Source: Isurus oxyrinchus
Lineage: Eukaryota
NCBI GenBank assembly: GCA_026770705.1
Contig: JANJGN010000100.1
Span: 744,001 to 808,000 of the forward strand
Length of the DNA stretch: 64,000 bases
Direction of reading: 5' to 3'
Part shown: piece after piece, positions 48,841 to 63,350 of the stretch
Layout: each line of letters begins with the position of its first letter
Position numbering within the stretch: the stretch's first letter is position 1
The notes under the pieces: model-generated
The model's database searches: none
The model's input: the letters and a program-made list of their open reading frames with translations, nothing else
Told to the model about the DNA's origin: nothing
Program-made: the position numbers and the translations under genes

Positions 48841-50804
48841 GGTTATAGGGAATGTTTTAGCGTGTACAAACGCACAAAGGGCAGCAATGTAGGACGTGTC
48901 CTAGAGTTGGTTGAATGAAATGTACTGGCATCTGAATATTAACTCAAATGCCAGAAGCAAAATGACGATGTGTGATCTCCATTCCCCATTCCCCTGTAAC
49001 TCCATTTCCACTAAAGCCCATGTTCCCGATTCTGTCTTCAATAGCGTAAGACTAGAACTTTTCTCCTGACTTTGATGCTCGATTATCCCAAACTCCGTTC
49101 CTTATTCCTCTCAAAGATTTTGCATTGGGTTGACTGAGCTTTCCCGTTAAATTAATCAAGCACAGCGGGGACGGGGCCTTAAAATGTGACGAGTCGCTCA
49201 AAAGTCCATTGACTCCGGTGGGACGGGAAAATCTCGCTGGCGGGTGGGCCAAGATTTCCTCCTATAGTGTCCGGAGTGCATTGTTAAGATTATGGTGAGT
49301 CGACAAATTTAGATGATTTTTTGAGGATGATACCAGTAAGTAGAAACCAGTGTATCTTGAGACATTAGCTATATAGATTTACTGAAAACCTCGAAAAAGG
49401 TCGACAGGCACTCAAAAAGAAGCAAAAAGGACTACCCAAAAAGTTGTGATAAATGTTACACATTCGGATTGATAGGATCTGACATGTCGTGGTTCCCCAA
49501 CTTTGTTATCTGGGTTTTCAAATATCTGCCTTATGTATTGAATGTATTGGATCAAAGAAAATACATTTAAATGTCTAAGACTGCAGAGGGTTGTAAGCAT
49601 GTGCGCTAGAAAATAGTGCAGCTGGGGGCACAGCATTGCATAGAGGTATCTACAGATTAGGAGTTCGTCTGAAGCCGGCAGATGGAGATTAATTTGCGTA
49701 AGTGCGAGGTCACTTTGCTTTCATGCAAGACAAACATGTCAAGATGTATTCTACATTCTGATACAACTATATACTGCAGAGGAAGAAGAAAGAGATTTCC
49801 AACTACTCATATTTGTTAAAGCTGTACAGAGGTGCAACAGCGAATCAAAAATAAGGCCAAATGTGCGCTGATTTTATTGACCATTATTGAAGAGAACATT
49901 AGAGTGCAGTTACTGGTTATTTTGACAAATAGCTCTGTACGGGTGTTCATACTCCAGAAAAACCGCTTTCCAGTTGCTTCATGTCAACAGATCAAAATAT
50001 GTTCACGCCTTCCACTAGCATGTATTCTAGCTTCTCCTAAATTTATTATTAACATTCGTCACGACCACACCATGTAAGAACGAGTGCTGAATTTTTGCTA
50101 ACCTCTGTGTTTCCTGAATAAACTTGAAAAAGTGACAATTATTTGGGAAATGAAGTTGAGCACACATAAATGCGAAGGGACACATTTTGGTGGGAATAAT
50201 GTAGAGGTAACTTTTAACTTGGAAGATGTAAGTCATAATGGGGTAAATGTGGAATCTAGCATGATCGTGTTCTCTAAAGGTTATATCACAAGTTAGCAAG
50301 ACAATAAAAAACCATCATGAATTCTTTATAGAGGGTTAAATTTGAAAAGCAGGAACTTTATGCTTAACCTGTATCGAACCTTGGTTCAACTACACTCGGA
50401 GTAGAGTTATGCTCTACGTATTATAAAATTAGAGGGTATAGAGGTGCTTAAGAGTGAAAAGAAAATGCACACCGATGTTACCAGAATTTGGTGGATATAC
50501 AGATCAGGAAGGGCTTAGCAGCCAGCGTCACTTTTCCCTTGATGTAAGGAAGGCTGCAAGGTGACTAAGGAGGCCATTATGTTTGCAAGGTTTGGGTAGA
50601 ATCTATACGAAGGAAATACTTTATTTGTTGTTAAATAACATAACCAGAGGCAATCATCAAAAGAGAGACAACAAATCCGGCCTGTAATTCAAAATAAACT
50701 TATTCATCCAAAGAGTGATGAAAATTCAGAACTCGCTACCACAAGCTAAATCGAATAGTAAAGGATTAATTAAGGGGAGCCTAAACAATCCGCATAACGG
50801 GAGA

Positions 50805-51025
50805 AAAACTGAAAATGTTGAAAAAGAACTCAGCAGGTCTGGCAGCAGCTACGGAGGAAGAAACCGAATTAACGCTTTGAGTCCATAGGACCCTTCTTCG
50901 GAGTCATACGGACTCGAAACGTTAATTCAGTTTGGCTCTCCACAAATGCAGCCAGACCTGTTGAGGTTTTCCAGTATTCACTGTTTTTATTTCAGATTTC
51001 CAGCATTCGCAGTATTTTGCTTTCA
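50805..51025. mobile_element. Fold-back (inverted) pair of Penelope-like termini
   Basis: ctcagcaggtctggcagc...gagtcc and its reverse complement ggactc...gccagacctgttgag, joined at about 50900. Same terminus as 38520-38600. Confidence 0.7.
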
Positions 51026-54000
51026 CAGGAGGAGATATTTGGACAGATGTAAAAAAATATGCTTGGTCAGTGCGCTATTAAGAATCGTCGTAAGGAGGGA
51101 AAGAGTTGTAGGAATGTGGAGATGTGTCAGGGTGGAATTACAGCGCCCAGGGCCTTGCCCGTGGAAGGCACAATTATGGAGTGATTAAAATTGAGGGTAT
51201 ACAACAGGTCGGATTTGGTGGCGTTCACTTATCTCGACGGATATTAGGCCTGAAGAAAACTATAAAGATAATAAGGGGTGAGGTCACGAAGGGAATTGAA
51301 AACCAGAAATAGAATTCTAAAAAGCTCACATATCCAGATATCTATAAATGTCCCATGAACTCGAGAGTGTTAAATTTATTATACATTTAGATGCACAGGA
51401 TAATGCGTGCTTCCAACACAATAGTATTCATCGGTAAGCTATTGAGAGTCAGTGTTCTTGATATATATGGGTGTTATTGCTCCCCAGCGTTCCGCACATA
51501 CATTATGCTTTGAAGCCTTATTCATTCACATGTACAGGCTTGCGCACACCGTTTCTGCCCACGCCTATATTATTGAATGATTTACTACATATCTCCTGTA
51601 GAATTTCTCTTCTAATGAGCGGCAAGTGAGACACTGTCTTCAACATAGTAAGACTGACCGCCCTGGCCATTATATGGCTCAACCACAGAGCGTGGTGGGG
51701 GCAAAGTTTGCAGATGCACGTAGATTTTAATACGTAATATGGAATTATCTATTTTTTAAAAAAAAGCTTTTAAAAAAAAAGCTTACTATGGCAATTCGAA
51801 ACCGATGCACTTCAACTTATAAGGGTTAGTGCAACTGATTCATAACACGCTCCCCTTTATAGTCCAGCCAAATGTGAAACAGTAAACATACTATTAATCA
51901 ACTGACATTGTTTTTTTTCGACCTGCCTACACGTTTTAATTAATCGTAAGCTTGGCTGTCATGTTTTCGTTCCTCTACATTAGCTAACTTCTGCCAGTTT
52001 GTAACATTATCCAAGCGCCTGAGATAGTGGCAATATAAAGTGCAAAGTTGGAGCAGAATTCATGAAATACGTACAAATCATGTCTTTCCATCTCAAGAAC
52101 CAAGGACAGCAATGGATCTAGTTCTAGGAAATGAAATGTTGCTAGCGGAGCGTGGTTCATTGGGAAAATATTTCAGAAACAGTAAGCATAATATCATCAT
52201 AACTGCGTCGGCTATATTATTTGGGGATCACCATTCATCTGAAGCTAAATTGGAACAACTATGTAAATAAAGTAACTACAAAATGAAGCAGATCAGTGAC
52301 TGGGATTTCTGAGGCGAGTAACTCATCTCTTGACCACTTCCCCTCACCCCGAACCTCCCAAAACCCTGTAAAACATCATCGAGTTACGAGTAAGAAATGT
52401 GATGGAATATCTCTTCTCGACTGGATCAGTGCACTTCCAACAATCATAACGAATCTCGGCGCCATCCTGGACAAGGAAGCCGAACAATATACCAAACATT
52501 CATTCGGAGTACCAGCACTGTATAGCATTCATAATGATCACGGCAGCAACCCATAACTCCTGTCAATCTGAATACATATCGTTTAATCTCTAAACTCTGC
52601 CTCCTACCTCCCATCCAAGACACAAACTATGCCAAATGGGTACATCCTTATAAATTTTCTGCATTTCTTCTTGAGTTGACAACACACAAATTAAACATAT
52701 TTCAGGAATTCCTCTCCCTTTTTGCACTTCACATTGCCGCTATGTCCGTATGTATTAAGATAATTGAAGCCCCGTTTGTCACTACTATGTAATCACATGT
52801 TCTTTCTGTAATATGGCTCCAAATTTGCTTTTCAATCTCCTTCTTAATAATTCAGAGCTTATGGTAAATTCTCGGGCATATTAGACTTCAACAGAGATAA
52901 TTAAATGTAGATGAACAAATATACTGGACAACTAACCGACTTATTAAAAGTAGGTGGGCAGGTACAACAATAATGAATATTGCTTAATAGCATTCTTACC
53001 ATTTTACTTGCGACTAGAATAAACTGTGGACTACGTTATGTCTGATATGTGGAAGCTTCGATGTAAGTTTAAGTGCAGCATGGAAATTGCGTTCTCATCA
53101 TTTCCAATAATCTCTGATACATATATCTATCTATGTATAAATTCAAAGGCCTACAGTTTCTTGCGTTAACTCTTCCAGCCATTTTAAATAAGGGAATTAA
53201 ATTCGAAATCTCCCTTTCCTTCCGATCATGATTCACAACAAACACTCACAGAAGCCCAATTTACCCACCCGCAACACTGCTGCTCCCACCTCCGCCCCCA
53301 CCTGTCCCCATCCGGACTCTTATCCGGCTCCAGCTCTGCACTCCATTGGGCACTGGCTGCGGTCAGAGTATTCACCACCCCTCCAGTTTCTGCAGCTGGC
53401 ATTGGAAAGTTGCCAGCCACTGGATTGGCCAGTATCTCTTGATGGCTGGAAGTGATCCCGGATGGGGGCGGAAGTCATAAAGTGAACCAATTTACAAACC
53501 GATTTACATTCACTCCGCAGTCTTCACTCTGAATTTTAAATTGCTGAACGCGTCCAACGCCTGTCGCTATATTTCCATCGTGGATGGAATTAATCAAGGA
53601 AATTGGTGAAGCCAGGTCTGGAGCAGCGTGTGCTGTTTGTGTCCCCGGCCTTATAGAAAGATATAATTCTCCTAGTGGGAGTAAATTTAATGCTCGCTAG
53701 TTTGTTTCAGTTGTGAGAGGAATTTCATATAACGATAAATTTAGCCTATACTTTCTGAAGTTTTGGGAATGAGAGACAAATGCATTGTAAGGCAAAAATA
53801 AACCTCTTAGGGAGATTTATAGGCTAAATGCTAAGGTGTTTCCTCTGTTCGGAGGGTCTAGAATTGGGGTTCATTCCCTCTGTTAAGTGGCCAGTCATTT
53901 GCAACCGTGATGATTAAAAAACAAAAATCGTCATTTAGAGGGATCATCACTTTCAGATTTTTCTACCAAGAGAATAAAGATCCTGGCCTGGAACTATATC

Positions 54001-54034
54001 CCCGATCCTTCACTGTCGCTAGGTGAAAATCATA

Positions 54035-56600
54035 CAGTCACAGGATCATGGAGGCCTACACCATAAAAAAGGCCCTTCGGCCCTTCGAGTCTGCGCCAGT
54101 CAAACAAGTACCTTACAATTCTAATCCCATTTTCTAGCACTAGACCCATAGCCTTGTATGCCATGGCATCGCAAGTGCATATCCAAATGCTTCTTAAATG
54201 TTATGAGGTTTTCTGCATCTACCACCCTTTCAGGCAGTGGGTTGCAGATTCTCACAACCCTCGGGGTTAAAGAATTCTTCCACACATCGCCCCTTAATGT
54301 CCTGCCCCTTACATTAAATCTATTGCCACTAGTTATTGATCTCTCCACCGAGGAGAAAGGTTCATTCCTTTCTACCCTATCTATACTCCTCATAATTTTA
54401 TACACCTCAATCCTATCCCCCCTCAATCTCCTCGGTGCTAAGGAAAGTAACCCCAGTCTATCCAATCTCTCCTCTTAACTAAAACTCCCCAGCCCAGGCA
54501 ACATCTGGTAAATCTCTTCTGCACTCTCTCTAGTGCAATCTCATCCTTCCTATAATGTGGATTTCAGAACTGTACACAATACTCTAGCTGGGGCATAATC
54601 AGCGCTTTATTCAGTTCCAGCATAAAATGCCTGACTTATACTCAATGCCTCGGCTAATAAAGGCAAGTATCCTATAAACCTTCTTAACCACCTTATCTAC
54701 CTGCCCTGCTACCTTAAGGGACCGGTGGACATGTACACCAAGATACCTCTGACCCTCAATATTTCCCAGTGTCCTATCATTTAATACGTATTCCCGTACA
54801 TTTTTTGTCTTGCCCCAGTTCATCATCTCACAATTATCTGAATAAAATTCCATTTACCACTGATCAGCCCATCTGACCAACCGTCTATGAACTCGTGTAA
54901 TCTAAGGCTATCCCCCTCACAATTTACCATGCCACCAATTTTAATGTCATTTATGAATTTACTAATCAACCCTCCTATGTTCAAGTCTAAATCATTTATA
55001 TTTACCACAAACAGAGAAGGATGCAACACTGATCTCTGTGGAAACTCACTGGACACAGGCATCCAGTCACAAAAGCAAACCTCGGCCATCACACTCTGCT
55101 TCCTCCACACAGCCAATTCTGGATCCAATTTTCCAAATTGCCTTGGATCCCATGAGCTCTTACCTTTGGTATCAGTCTTCCATGCGGGGCCTTACCAAAC
55201 GCCTTGCTGAAGTCCAAGTAGGCTACCACAAATGCATTGTCCTCATCTACATGAGTAGTCACTGTTTCGAAAAATTCAATCAAATTGGTCAGACATGATC
55301 TCCTCCTAAAAAAAGCCATGCTGACTGTCCTTGACTAAACATTTCCTCTCCAAGTGTAGATTAATTTTGTCTCTCAGAATTACTTCCAATAGCTTCCCCA
55401 CCACTGAGGTGAGGCTGACTGGTCTGCAGTTCCCTGGTTTATTCTTTCCTCCCTTCTTGAAAAATGGCACCACGTTGGCTGCTGCCTGTCCTCTGGCAAC
55501 TCTGCGATGGAAAGAGAGGTACTGAAAGTTATTGCCAGCGGCCCTGCAATCTCCTCCCATGTCTCAGTCAACAGCCTGAGACATATTTCATTCAGACTTG
55601 GAAATTTATCTACTTTTGTGCCTGCCAGGCCACTTAGGAACTCCATTCTTTCTATGCTAATTTACTTAATTATATTACAGTACTTCTGTCTGATTTCCTT
55701 ACCCACGTTGTCCCTTTCACCAGTGAACATTGACACAAAGTATTCATTTTGAACATACCTACGTCTTTCGGCTCCACCCACAAATTACCACCGTGGTCCT
55801 TAATGGAGCCTACTCTTTCCCTACTTATCCTCTTGCTCCTAAGATGCATGTAAAATAACTTTGCATTTCCCTATATTTTACCTGTTTTTTGATGCCCCCT
55901 TTTTTCTCTCCTAATTTCCTTTTTAACTTCCTCCTACACATTCTATACTCCTCTATGGATTCCTGTGTTTTGAGCCTTCAGTATCTCTCGTAAGCCTCCG
56001 CTTTTCTCTTTATCCAATCTTGTCTACCCCTCGACATTCAGGGTCCCCGGAATTTGTTCGTCTCACCCTTTGTCTTTAATGGAATATGTTGGCCCTGTAC
56101 TCTTTACATTTCCTTCTTGAATGGGCCCCACTGTTCTGAGGCAGATTTACTTTAAAGTCGCTGCTCCCAGTCCAATCTGGCCAAATCATATCTGCTCTCA
56201 TTAAAATCGGCCTTCCCCCAATTTAGAACTCCGATTTCTGGCTCATCCTTGTCCTTTACCATAACAATCTTGAATCTAATGGAGCTTTGATCACTATCTG
56301 CAAAATGTTCCCCCATTGATACCTCTACCACTTTCCCGGCTACAGGACCGCCCCATGTTGTGTTGGACCTTCCACGTACAGGCTTAAAAAAGCACTTCTG
56401 GATGCATTTTAAGAAATTCTGCTCCCTCTAAACGTATAACACTATGATTAATCCAAACAATGTTGGGGGCATTGAAACCCCCCACCATTAATACTCTATT
56501 ATTTTTACACTTATATGATATTTTCCTACATATCTTCTCTTCCAATTCTCTCTGACTGATTGGGGGCCTATAGTACATTCCCAAAATGTGCTCGTGTTTT
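54035..56600 (-). mobile_element. CR1-clade LINE spanning endonuclease to 3' end
   Basis: GMYYRPP...VGGFNAPNI (endonuclease), NCRPVSLTSVVGK, YLDFSKAF, PQRSVL, RGDRIEVYK. Confidence 0.93.
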
Positions 56601-57224
56601 GTTTTTAAATGCTACACATATGGCTTCATTTGGGTAGAAAGCTTTTCCTAACAGCACTGTGGGTGCACCTATACCACAGGGACTGTAACAGTTCAGGAAG
56701 GCGGCACACCACCACTGTGTCAAGGGCAATTATGGATGAGTAATTAATAATGTCCTAGCCAGCAACAACAAAACCCCATGAACGAATAAATAAAAGCTGA
56801 GGATATGAATTTTGGGAAAGATATAAATCTTACACTATGGAATCAAGGGATTGTTGGATAGATGTGGAGGGGGAAGGTGCCGTTTGATCCCGCATGTAAA
56901 GATTTCAGTGTGTCCATCAATCACTGAAACTGCTCCAAAATATCAACAACTTGCACCTATGTTAATATACCCATCACGCTCTTCCGAAATCCATTCCAAT
57001 CATTTTAACAACTGAAGTCATTCCAAAGGATCAGACGTTCGGTATTCTTGCCAAATCCGCAGATAATTAAGTTTCTGTGGGAAGAACCTTTGGAATATAA
57101 AGTCTGGGAAAGTTAGTCGCACAATCCCTGAATATTAAACAGTGATCCACATGCCAGGCTTTCAGCACTCATTTCATAATCGGGTCATCTGGGAATTCGA
57201 CAGAGGAATGAATTTCAACCATAC

Positions 57225-58870
57225 CATCAGAGACTGGGAACAGCGCAGAAAGAAGCTATTCTGATCGCCATGCCCGTGCCCGTTCTCTGCAGCAGCCACT
57301 CATCTAGACCCAATTCTCCGCCCTGCATTTTTTCTCTCTCAGATAATTATGCAATTCCCTTTTCAAGCCATGACTGATTCTCCCTCCAGGGCATTCCAGA
57401 GCCTATCCGCTTGCTGAGTGAAAGCAACATTACTTTTATTCCCTTCCCTTGTGTGACATTTTTCACCTTAAATAAGTTTCCCCTCGTTCTTGATTCTACC
57501 GCCAATGGAACAGTTTCTCGCTTTGTTTTCTGTCCAGGCACATCATAATTTTTATTACTTCTATAAAATCTGCTCTGGCCCTTCTCTTCTCCAAGTTGAA
57601 CAGCCACAGTTTTTCTAAACCACCCGTGCAACGAAAACACCTCTTCCCTGGAACCGTTTTTGAAATTCGCTCCTGTACCCTAATTAATGCCTTCAGATCC
57701 TTCCAAATGTGTAGACACCAGAACTGATCATAATATTCCATTTAATGTCAAGCATTTGTGTGACAACCTGCTTGTTTTTGCATCATATGCTTCTAATTAT
57801 GAAGCCCCCGATTAGCTATAACTTTTTAACCATGTTTTCAACTTGTTCAGTTGCATCAAATGGTTTCTGCAAATATACCCTGCAGGTCACTCTGCGCCTC
57901 CATTCCCCTGAGGAAAGTGCCCTTATTTATTCATTGCCTTGCCTCGTTCTTCTTGCCAAAATTTATCACTTCATTAAAAGCAAAATACTGCCGATGCTGC
58001 AAAACTGAAACAAAAGCAAAAATATCTGGAAAAACTCATCAGGCCTGACAGCATCTGCGGAGAGGAACACAGTTAACTTTTCGAGTCTGTTTGACCCTTC
58101 TTCAGAATTAAGGAAATATACAAATGAGGTAAAATATAATTTACTTGAGGGGCGTGGGACTGATAGAGCTAGACCAAGGGCCAGTGATAGGTGAAGACAA
58201 AGAAGAGATTCCTAAAGATGTGATAGGCAAAAGGACGAGGGGGTGTTGACGGTGGTGATATTATCTAAGGAATGTGCTAATGGTGAAATTAAGGGTGGAA
58301 AGCAGGACAACCAAGTGAAAGATGGCCCTAGTGGGGGTGGGTTGGGGGGAATGGATCGAAATGGCTTAAAAGGTAGAGATAAACCGATAGATAACATGGA
58401 CTCAAATCATTAACTATATTCCTCTCTGCTGTCAGACCTGGTGAGTTTTTCCAGCTATTTTTGTTTCTTTCACTCCAACGTTGTCTAAAGTTACATCTAT
58501 CACTTGTCCACCTATTCCACCAGTGTGCCCATGTCCTCTTCAAATCGATGGCTATCCATCCAACAAGTTTGCAATACATCCACGATTTCAACAATGCGTC
58601 AATGTTGAAATTGTTTCCTTGCAAACCCTAGTCCAAGCACTAAATATATAACAAGGAAAACAATTATCCTAGTACCTGCTGCTGGAGAATCCTACTTCAT
58701 GCCTTCCTCCAGTTAGAAAAAAAATCATAATTCATCACTGCTCTTTGTTATCTGTCACTCATCCATCTTCGGATCTAGCATGCCACTCTGCCTTTTATAC
58801 AATGGCATTAACATTGCTGGCAAGCGTGTTATTTTGAAAATTTCCAACACTTTCTTTCTCCTCATCAAAA
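57225..58870 (-). mobile_element. Degenerate CR1 interrupted by a Penelope-like fragment
   Basis: ORF EYYDQFWC...RARADFIEVIKI. CR1 sequence resumes after about 58470. Confidence 0.65.
57975..58470 (-). mobile_element. Penelope-like fragment with inverted end and hammerhead core
   Basis: Same terminus as 38510-38800. Inverted copy at about 58410-58470. Minus-strand CUGAAGA...GAAA at 58071-58110. Confidence 0.7.
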
Positions 58871-61800
58871 CCTCAGAACAAAATGAACTGCACCAAAATT
58901 TATGCAAGTCACGACATATCCTCTTAGATCAATCATGATGAACTTGTCATTTCCATGGGGCTCTCTATAGTGGCTGTAGATACCCAAAACAATAAATAAC
59001 TAAGGAGGACCATTGCACATACAATCGCTCTCAGTGCAAGAATAGATGTAGATACCCACCGCAGATGCTATACTGAGTGAATCCTTGAAACAAAGAAACA
59101 TCTCGGGATTGAAAAATGAAAATCTCTTTTCATGACCGTTTTCAAGATCATGGTATCGCAAAATGCGACTCTGTTTTGCACCACTTTACTGTTATTAGTA
59201 ATAGATATCTCCGTCATAGCAGACCTTCTGAACTAAACACATTTTGTGAATAAATAGCACAAAAAAATGAACGTTGGACGGGCCTGGTCATGAAGCATAT
59301 TTGGTTTCAAAACAAGCTTTCCATAACGTTCCACATCAAAGGCTGTAGCAGCAGATTAAAAAATTGCGGGAGGAAGTTTTATTGACTGCTGGTGACAACT
59401 ATTCGCCAGGCGCCTGCCTAAGGTTTAATGGTATGGATAAAAGGTGAAGATGGCGTAGCATTTCGCTGAAGAATGTTAAGTATTCAATTCTAGTTAGGGG
59501 TTTTGTTTAGTGTTTAAAAAGGTGGGCTGCCCAAGTATGGGGCTCAAGCTGCCCACATTATTCAAGTGATCCCAATTCAGAAAGAAATGCAAGATGGCCG
59601 AGATCGCAGAAGAAATGTATTGGAATTTCGTTAAGCACACAATCAGTTGGTTACTGGGGGCTAGTTATTTGGTGTCTGTCCGGATAGGACTACGACAAAT
59701 TAAATACAATGCAAGCAATTAACCTTGAGATTATGAAGTGGAATGCGCTACCTTGAGGATGAAAGTTAAGCTGAAATGGATGGGTGTAGGGGCCGAGTTT
59801 ATGTCTTCAAGTTATGGGTGCATAATTCAGCCAGCCAAAGGTGGAAAATCGGGAGGGTAAGTTGGCACTTTGGTAGAGAGATCCTTCCGACTGGCCTACC
59901 TGTTTTGATAAATAGTGATTGATTCTCCTCTCTGTTACCCAGGCCATTGTATCCAGGTTGGTGCTAAAGGCGAACACTGATCCCTGAAAATGTCATAGAG
60001 ATCAGAGCTTTGTTCGATAAAGTAATGATTTCTAATCCATACCGCCACATTGGTAGGGTAGCCCTCTAAGTCTGTTGGTTTATCCTGACACCTTGAACAT
60101 TTCAGGTCAAGCCTTGAAACTAGATTTCAACTGGGGTACTTGTGTCACAACAGTAAGGCCCAAGCACTGGCAATGGTGCTGGGTGGCGTTAACAGAGGAT
60201 ATTCCTACAGTCAGAGGATCAGAATATTAGAAGGCCTCAGGAAAGTGCAGATCTTTGACCTATAAATGAGGTGAATCTATGAGTTTAATACAAGAAATGA
60301 AGCCAGAGATCAAATTTAAATTGAGTGCACATCAATTGAACACAGGCACAAACTGGTAACTGGCGCGTTTCTGACTGATTTTTGATAGAACTTGTATAGA
60401 CCAAGAATTAGCAATCCCTGGAAGGGTATTCTGGTAAGGATGTGGAAATAAAATCTGGAAATGGTGCAAGAGTCTTCTGGGCTTCTGGCAGTTGAATCAA
60501 GAGAATATGATTCTTTCATTTTTGCTTATGTTTGATGTCTGCCTGAATGGTCTCAGCCTCACCATTACTAACCCGAGTAACAGTTACATTGATACACTTG
60601 GCAGGGGCATGCCTAACATAACGAATACCCTCCTTTTTTTTCAAATTGACACTAAGTCTAAATTTCCCAACTTTATCACCATAATTCGGCCCACCTCTTG
60701 CAGGTTTCGCTTTGGGGAGGGATGTTGTATTGATAGTTGTGTAAAAAGGCGCATGACAACGATTCATCAGCCCATTTAACGTCTGCCTGGGATTTAAAAT
60801 TCATTTGTGCCGTGCTTGGAATCTGAACACCAACGTCAACAAGCATATCAATCCAGAGCATATGTTCCTCATGTTCTCTAAAATCCGCTCACTATAATAG
60901 GATTCATTTTCCATGTGCGGTTACATGGTCACAAATAATCAGCATTTACGGATGAATCAAGTAAGGAACCGGCTACAGACCCAACCCAATTTAGCACTAA
61001 TCCCGGTGATAAACTTACAGTGCCCAAATTTCAGTGCACTTTTGATTGATGCATGTTGTTTCAGGAATACAAATCAACGAACAGAAGTCCAAATGAACGG
61101 CGATGCAATCGCTTAAATTAACTGCTTAGGGGTGAACATTATCTATACACGTGTATCTTATACTTCAGCGACTACAAAAGTCTCCCATTGCCCGTGAAAT
61201 GTTTTGACGTGTCATACGGTGGTGAAAGACGCTATAGTACGTTCTTTTATGTAAATACTACTAATTAATCCACACACACGCACACATCTATAAATGCACA
61301 CGGTAATACACACACGCACAGATATAAATATATCACAATAAATAAATCAAGCTTGAGTTCAGCCAATCAATATCATTGATGTTCACCGCAACATACAGGC
61401 GGGGTTCGCCCCGATGTCACTAATAACCTCCAGTTCTGGTATCATAAGGAACTAAAACAAGGAACTGACTCTTTCCTTGCATGTGATCACCATTATATCC
61501 TCTCTTCCATATTGTCAACTAGTGATGATAATGTGTTCCCCAATTCAGTCAACCTCCAGAACACTTTTCAACTTATTAAAATACAGTTGACTTGCAATAG
61601 ACACAGATTAAGACCATGTCATGCATCGCAAACTGTCCTAAGCCACATCCTTATCACCGGGATGGAGTTATCTCAACTATTGCACGTTTCAGCTTATGGC
61701 TGACACGTCGGCATTGCAAGCCAAATATTGAATATTGATTCAGTTCCTCACACAAGTTCTCAGCCAGAAACTGCTCTCAAAGCAGGTTGACAAATATGGG

Positions 61801-62599
61801 GGAGGTAACTAAAAATAACACTGTAAACCTTTCAGTTCCGCAGTATATTCGTGAAAAATATTTGAGAATAGTGCACAACACATTTCAGAGCTGAACCAGC
61901 GAGTTCACTGTTGAGCCAGCGAGCGTCCAAAAGTGGATTAGTAGGAAACACAGACTAATGAAGGTTCAAATATTTGTTACTGGAAAATCGATCAAAGAAT
62001 TTGCAATAAATGAGCACAATCGAATCTCAGACTTTTATTTAAATCTCTTATCGATAGCAGTCCAGATGGCTGCTCATCCGTGCTCAGTTACCTTGCATTC
62101 TGGGAACTGAGCACTATTTTTCAGCATACTGATGACGTTTTCCACCTAATGGTTAGATCATAAATGATTATATTTGCTTAAAGACACACAAGTAAACCCA
62201 TATATTAACGACTATTGTTATTTGTCTATCAATTAATCTCACTTCAGCTGAGTTGATCGGTGAACAATTCTTGCATTTTTTAAGGCAAGGCAGAACTCAC
62301 AACTGAGTATTTATTTGTGATTTTCTGCTGGTATTAAAAAAAAACATAAAATATGTAAATTGGGGGCGAAACCGCCCAATGTTCAGTAGTTTTAGCACCT
62401 GCAAATCACATTCATATTTCTGTACCGCTTTCTTGTGAACCATGTAAATTTGGAGCAGGTTCGCACAGATGGACGGCAAACAGGAAGTACCGAAAGGTGC
62501 AATGGAACAATGTCACGGCTGATATCTCCAAGAAGGTGAAGGTGACTAATAATGACAAAATCGACTAATGATACAAACATTGCTATTTTCTACTGAGGG

Positions 62600-63350
62600 G
62601 CTGCTTTGGGGGAATGTTATGCTACAGAATAGGGGGTAACGGACGGGGATAATATTTGAGGAGGGGAAAGGAAGAAGTGGTGCAGGGATATTTAAAGAAC
62701 CGTCACAAGTTGAGAAGTTTGTTTATAGGATAAAAGCGATCTTTGGTTTTATTAATAAAGGTATAGACCACAGAAGATTTTCCACTTTTTTAAATAAATC
62801 AATGATTATGCATCCGCTGCAGTTTTGCATTTCATTCCAGGTACTACAATTTAGGAACAATACCAAGATCTCGAAACTGAGATTTAACAAGGATTATGGA
62901 CTTCAGTTTTGTGGGGAGACTAGGAAATCTTTCCCTGTTCTTCCTATAAAAAATGTGACAAGGAGATATAATCAAGATGCTCAAAATGTTTAGAGCTTTG
63001 GATGGGCCCGAAAAATATTAAGCGCTTCAGTTGTAAGAGGGTCTGCAACCTTGGAATGCAAATTCAAAATAAACGGTAAAGAAACAGAGAGCAGGAGAAC
63101 AAATTATTTTTGTTACATAATGTGCTGTGGTTTGGCTTGAACTGGTAGTGCAAGCAGGTGCACCATTGATTCAAATGAAAACTGGACATGTAATTAGAAA
63201 GTAATTAGATAATAATATTTGCAGTGGTGTCGGTAAAGGAGAAGTAAGTGGGAATTCTTGAATAGCTATTAGAGACAGAGAGAGAGCGAACTGGCATATG
63301 CATGTTTGGAGGATTTACAACTCCACGATTATATTATTCTGTGAATGTGA
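62600..63350 (+). mobile_element. Old CR1 3' fragment
   Basis: Decayed C-terminal RT motifs (RGDIIK-like near 62960) and tail-like sequence. Confidence 0.45.

Noticed and set aside
51630-51644. 15-bp match (gacactgtcttcaac) to V framework 3, suggesting an upstream pseudo-V
   Set aside because: The flanks show no V homology, frame or RSS. A 15-mer self-match is expected by chance in 64 kb.
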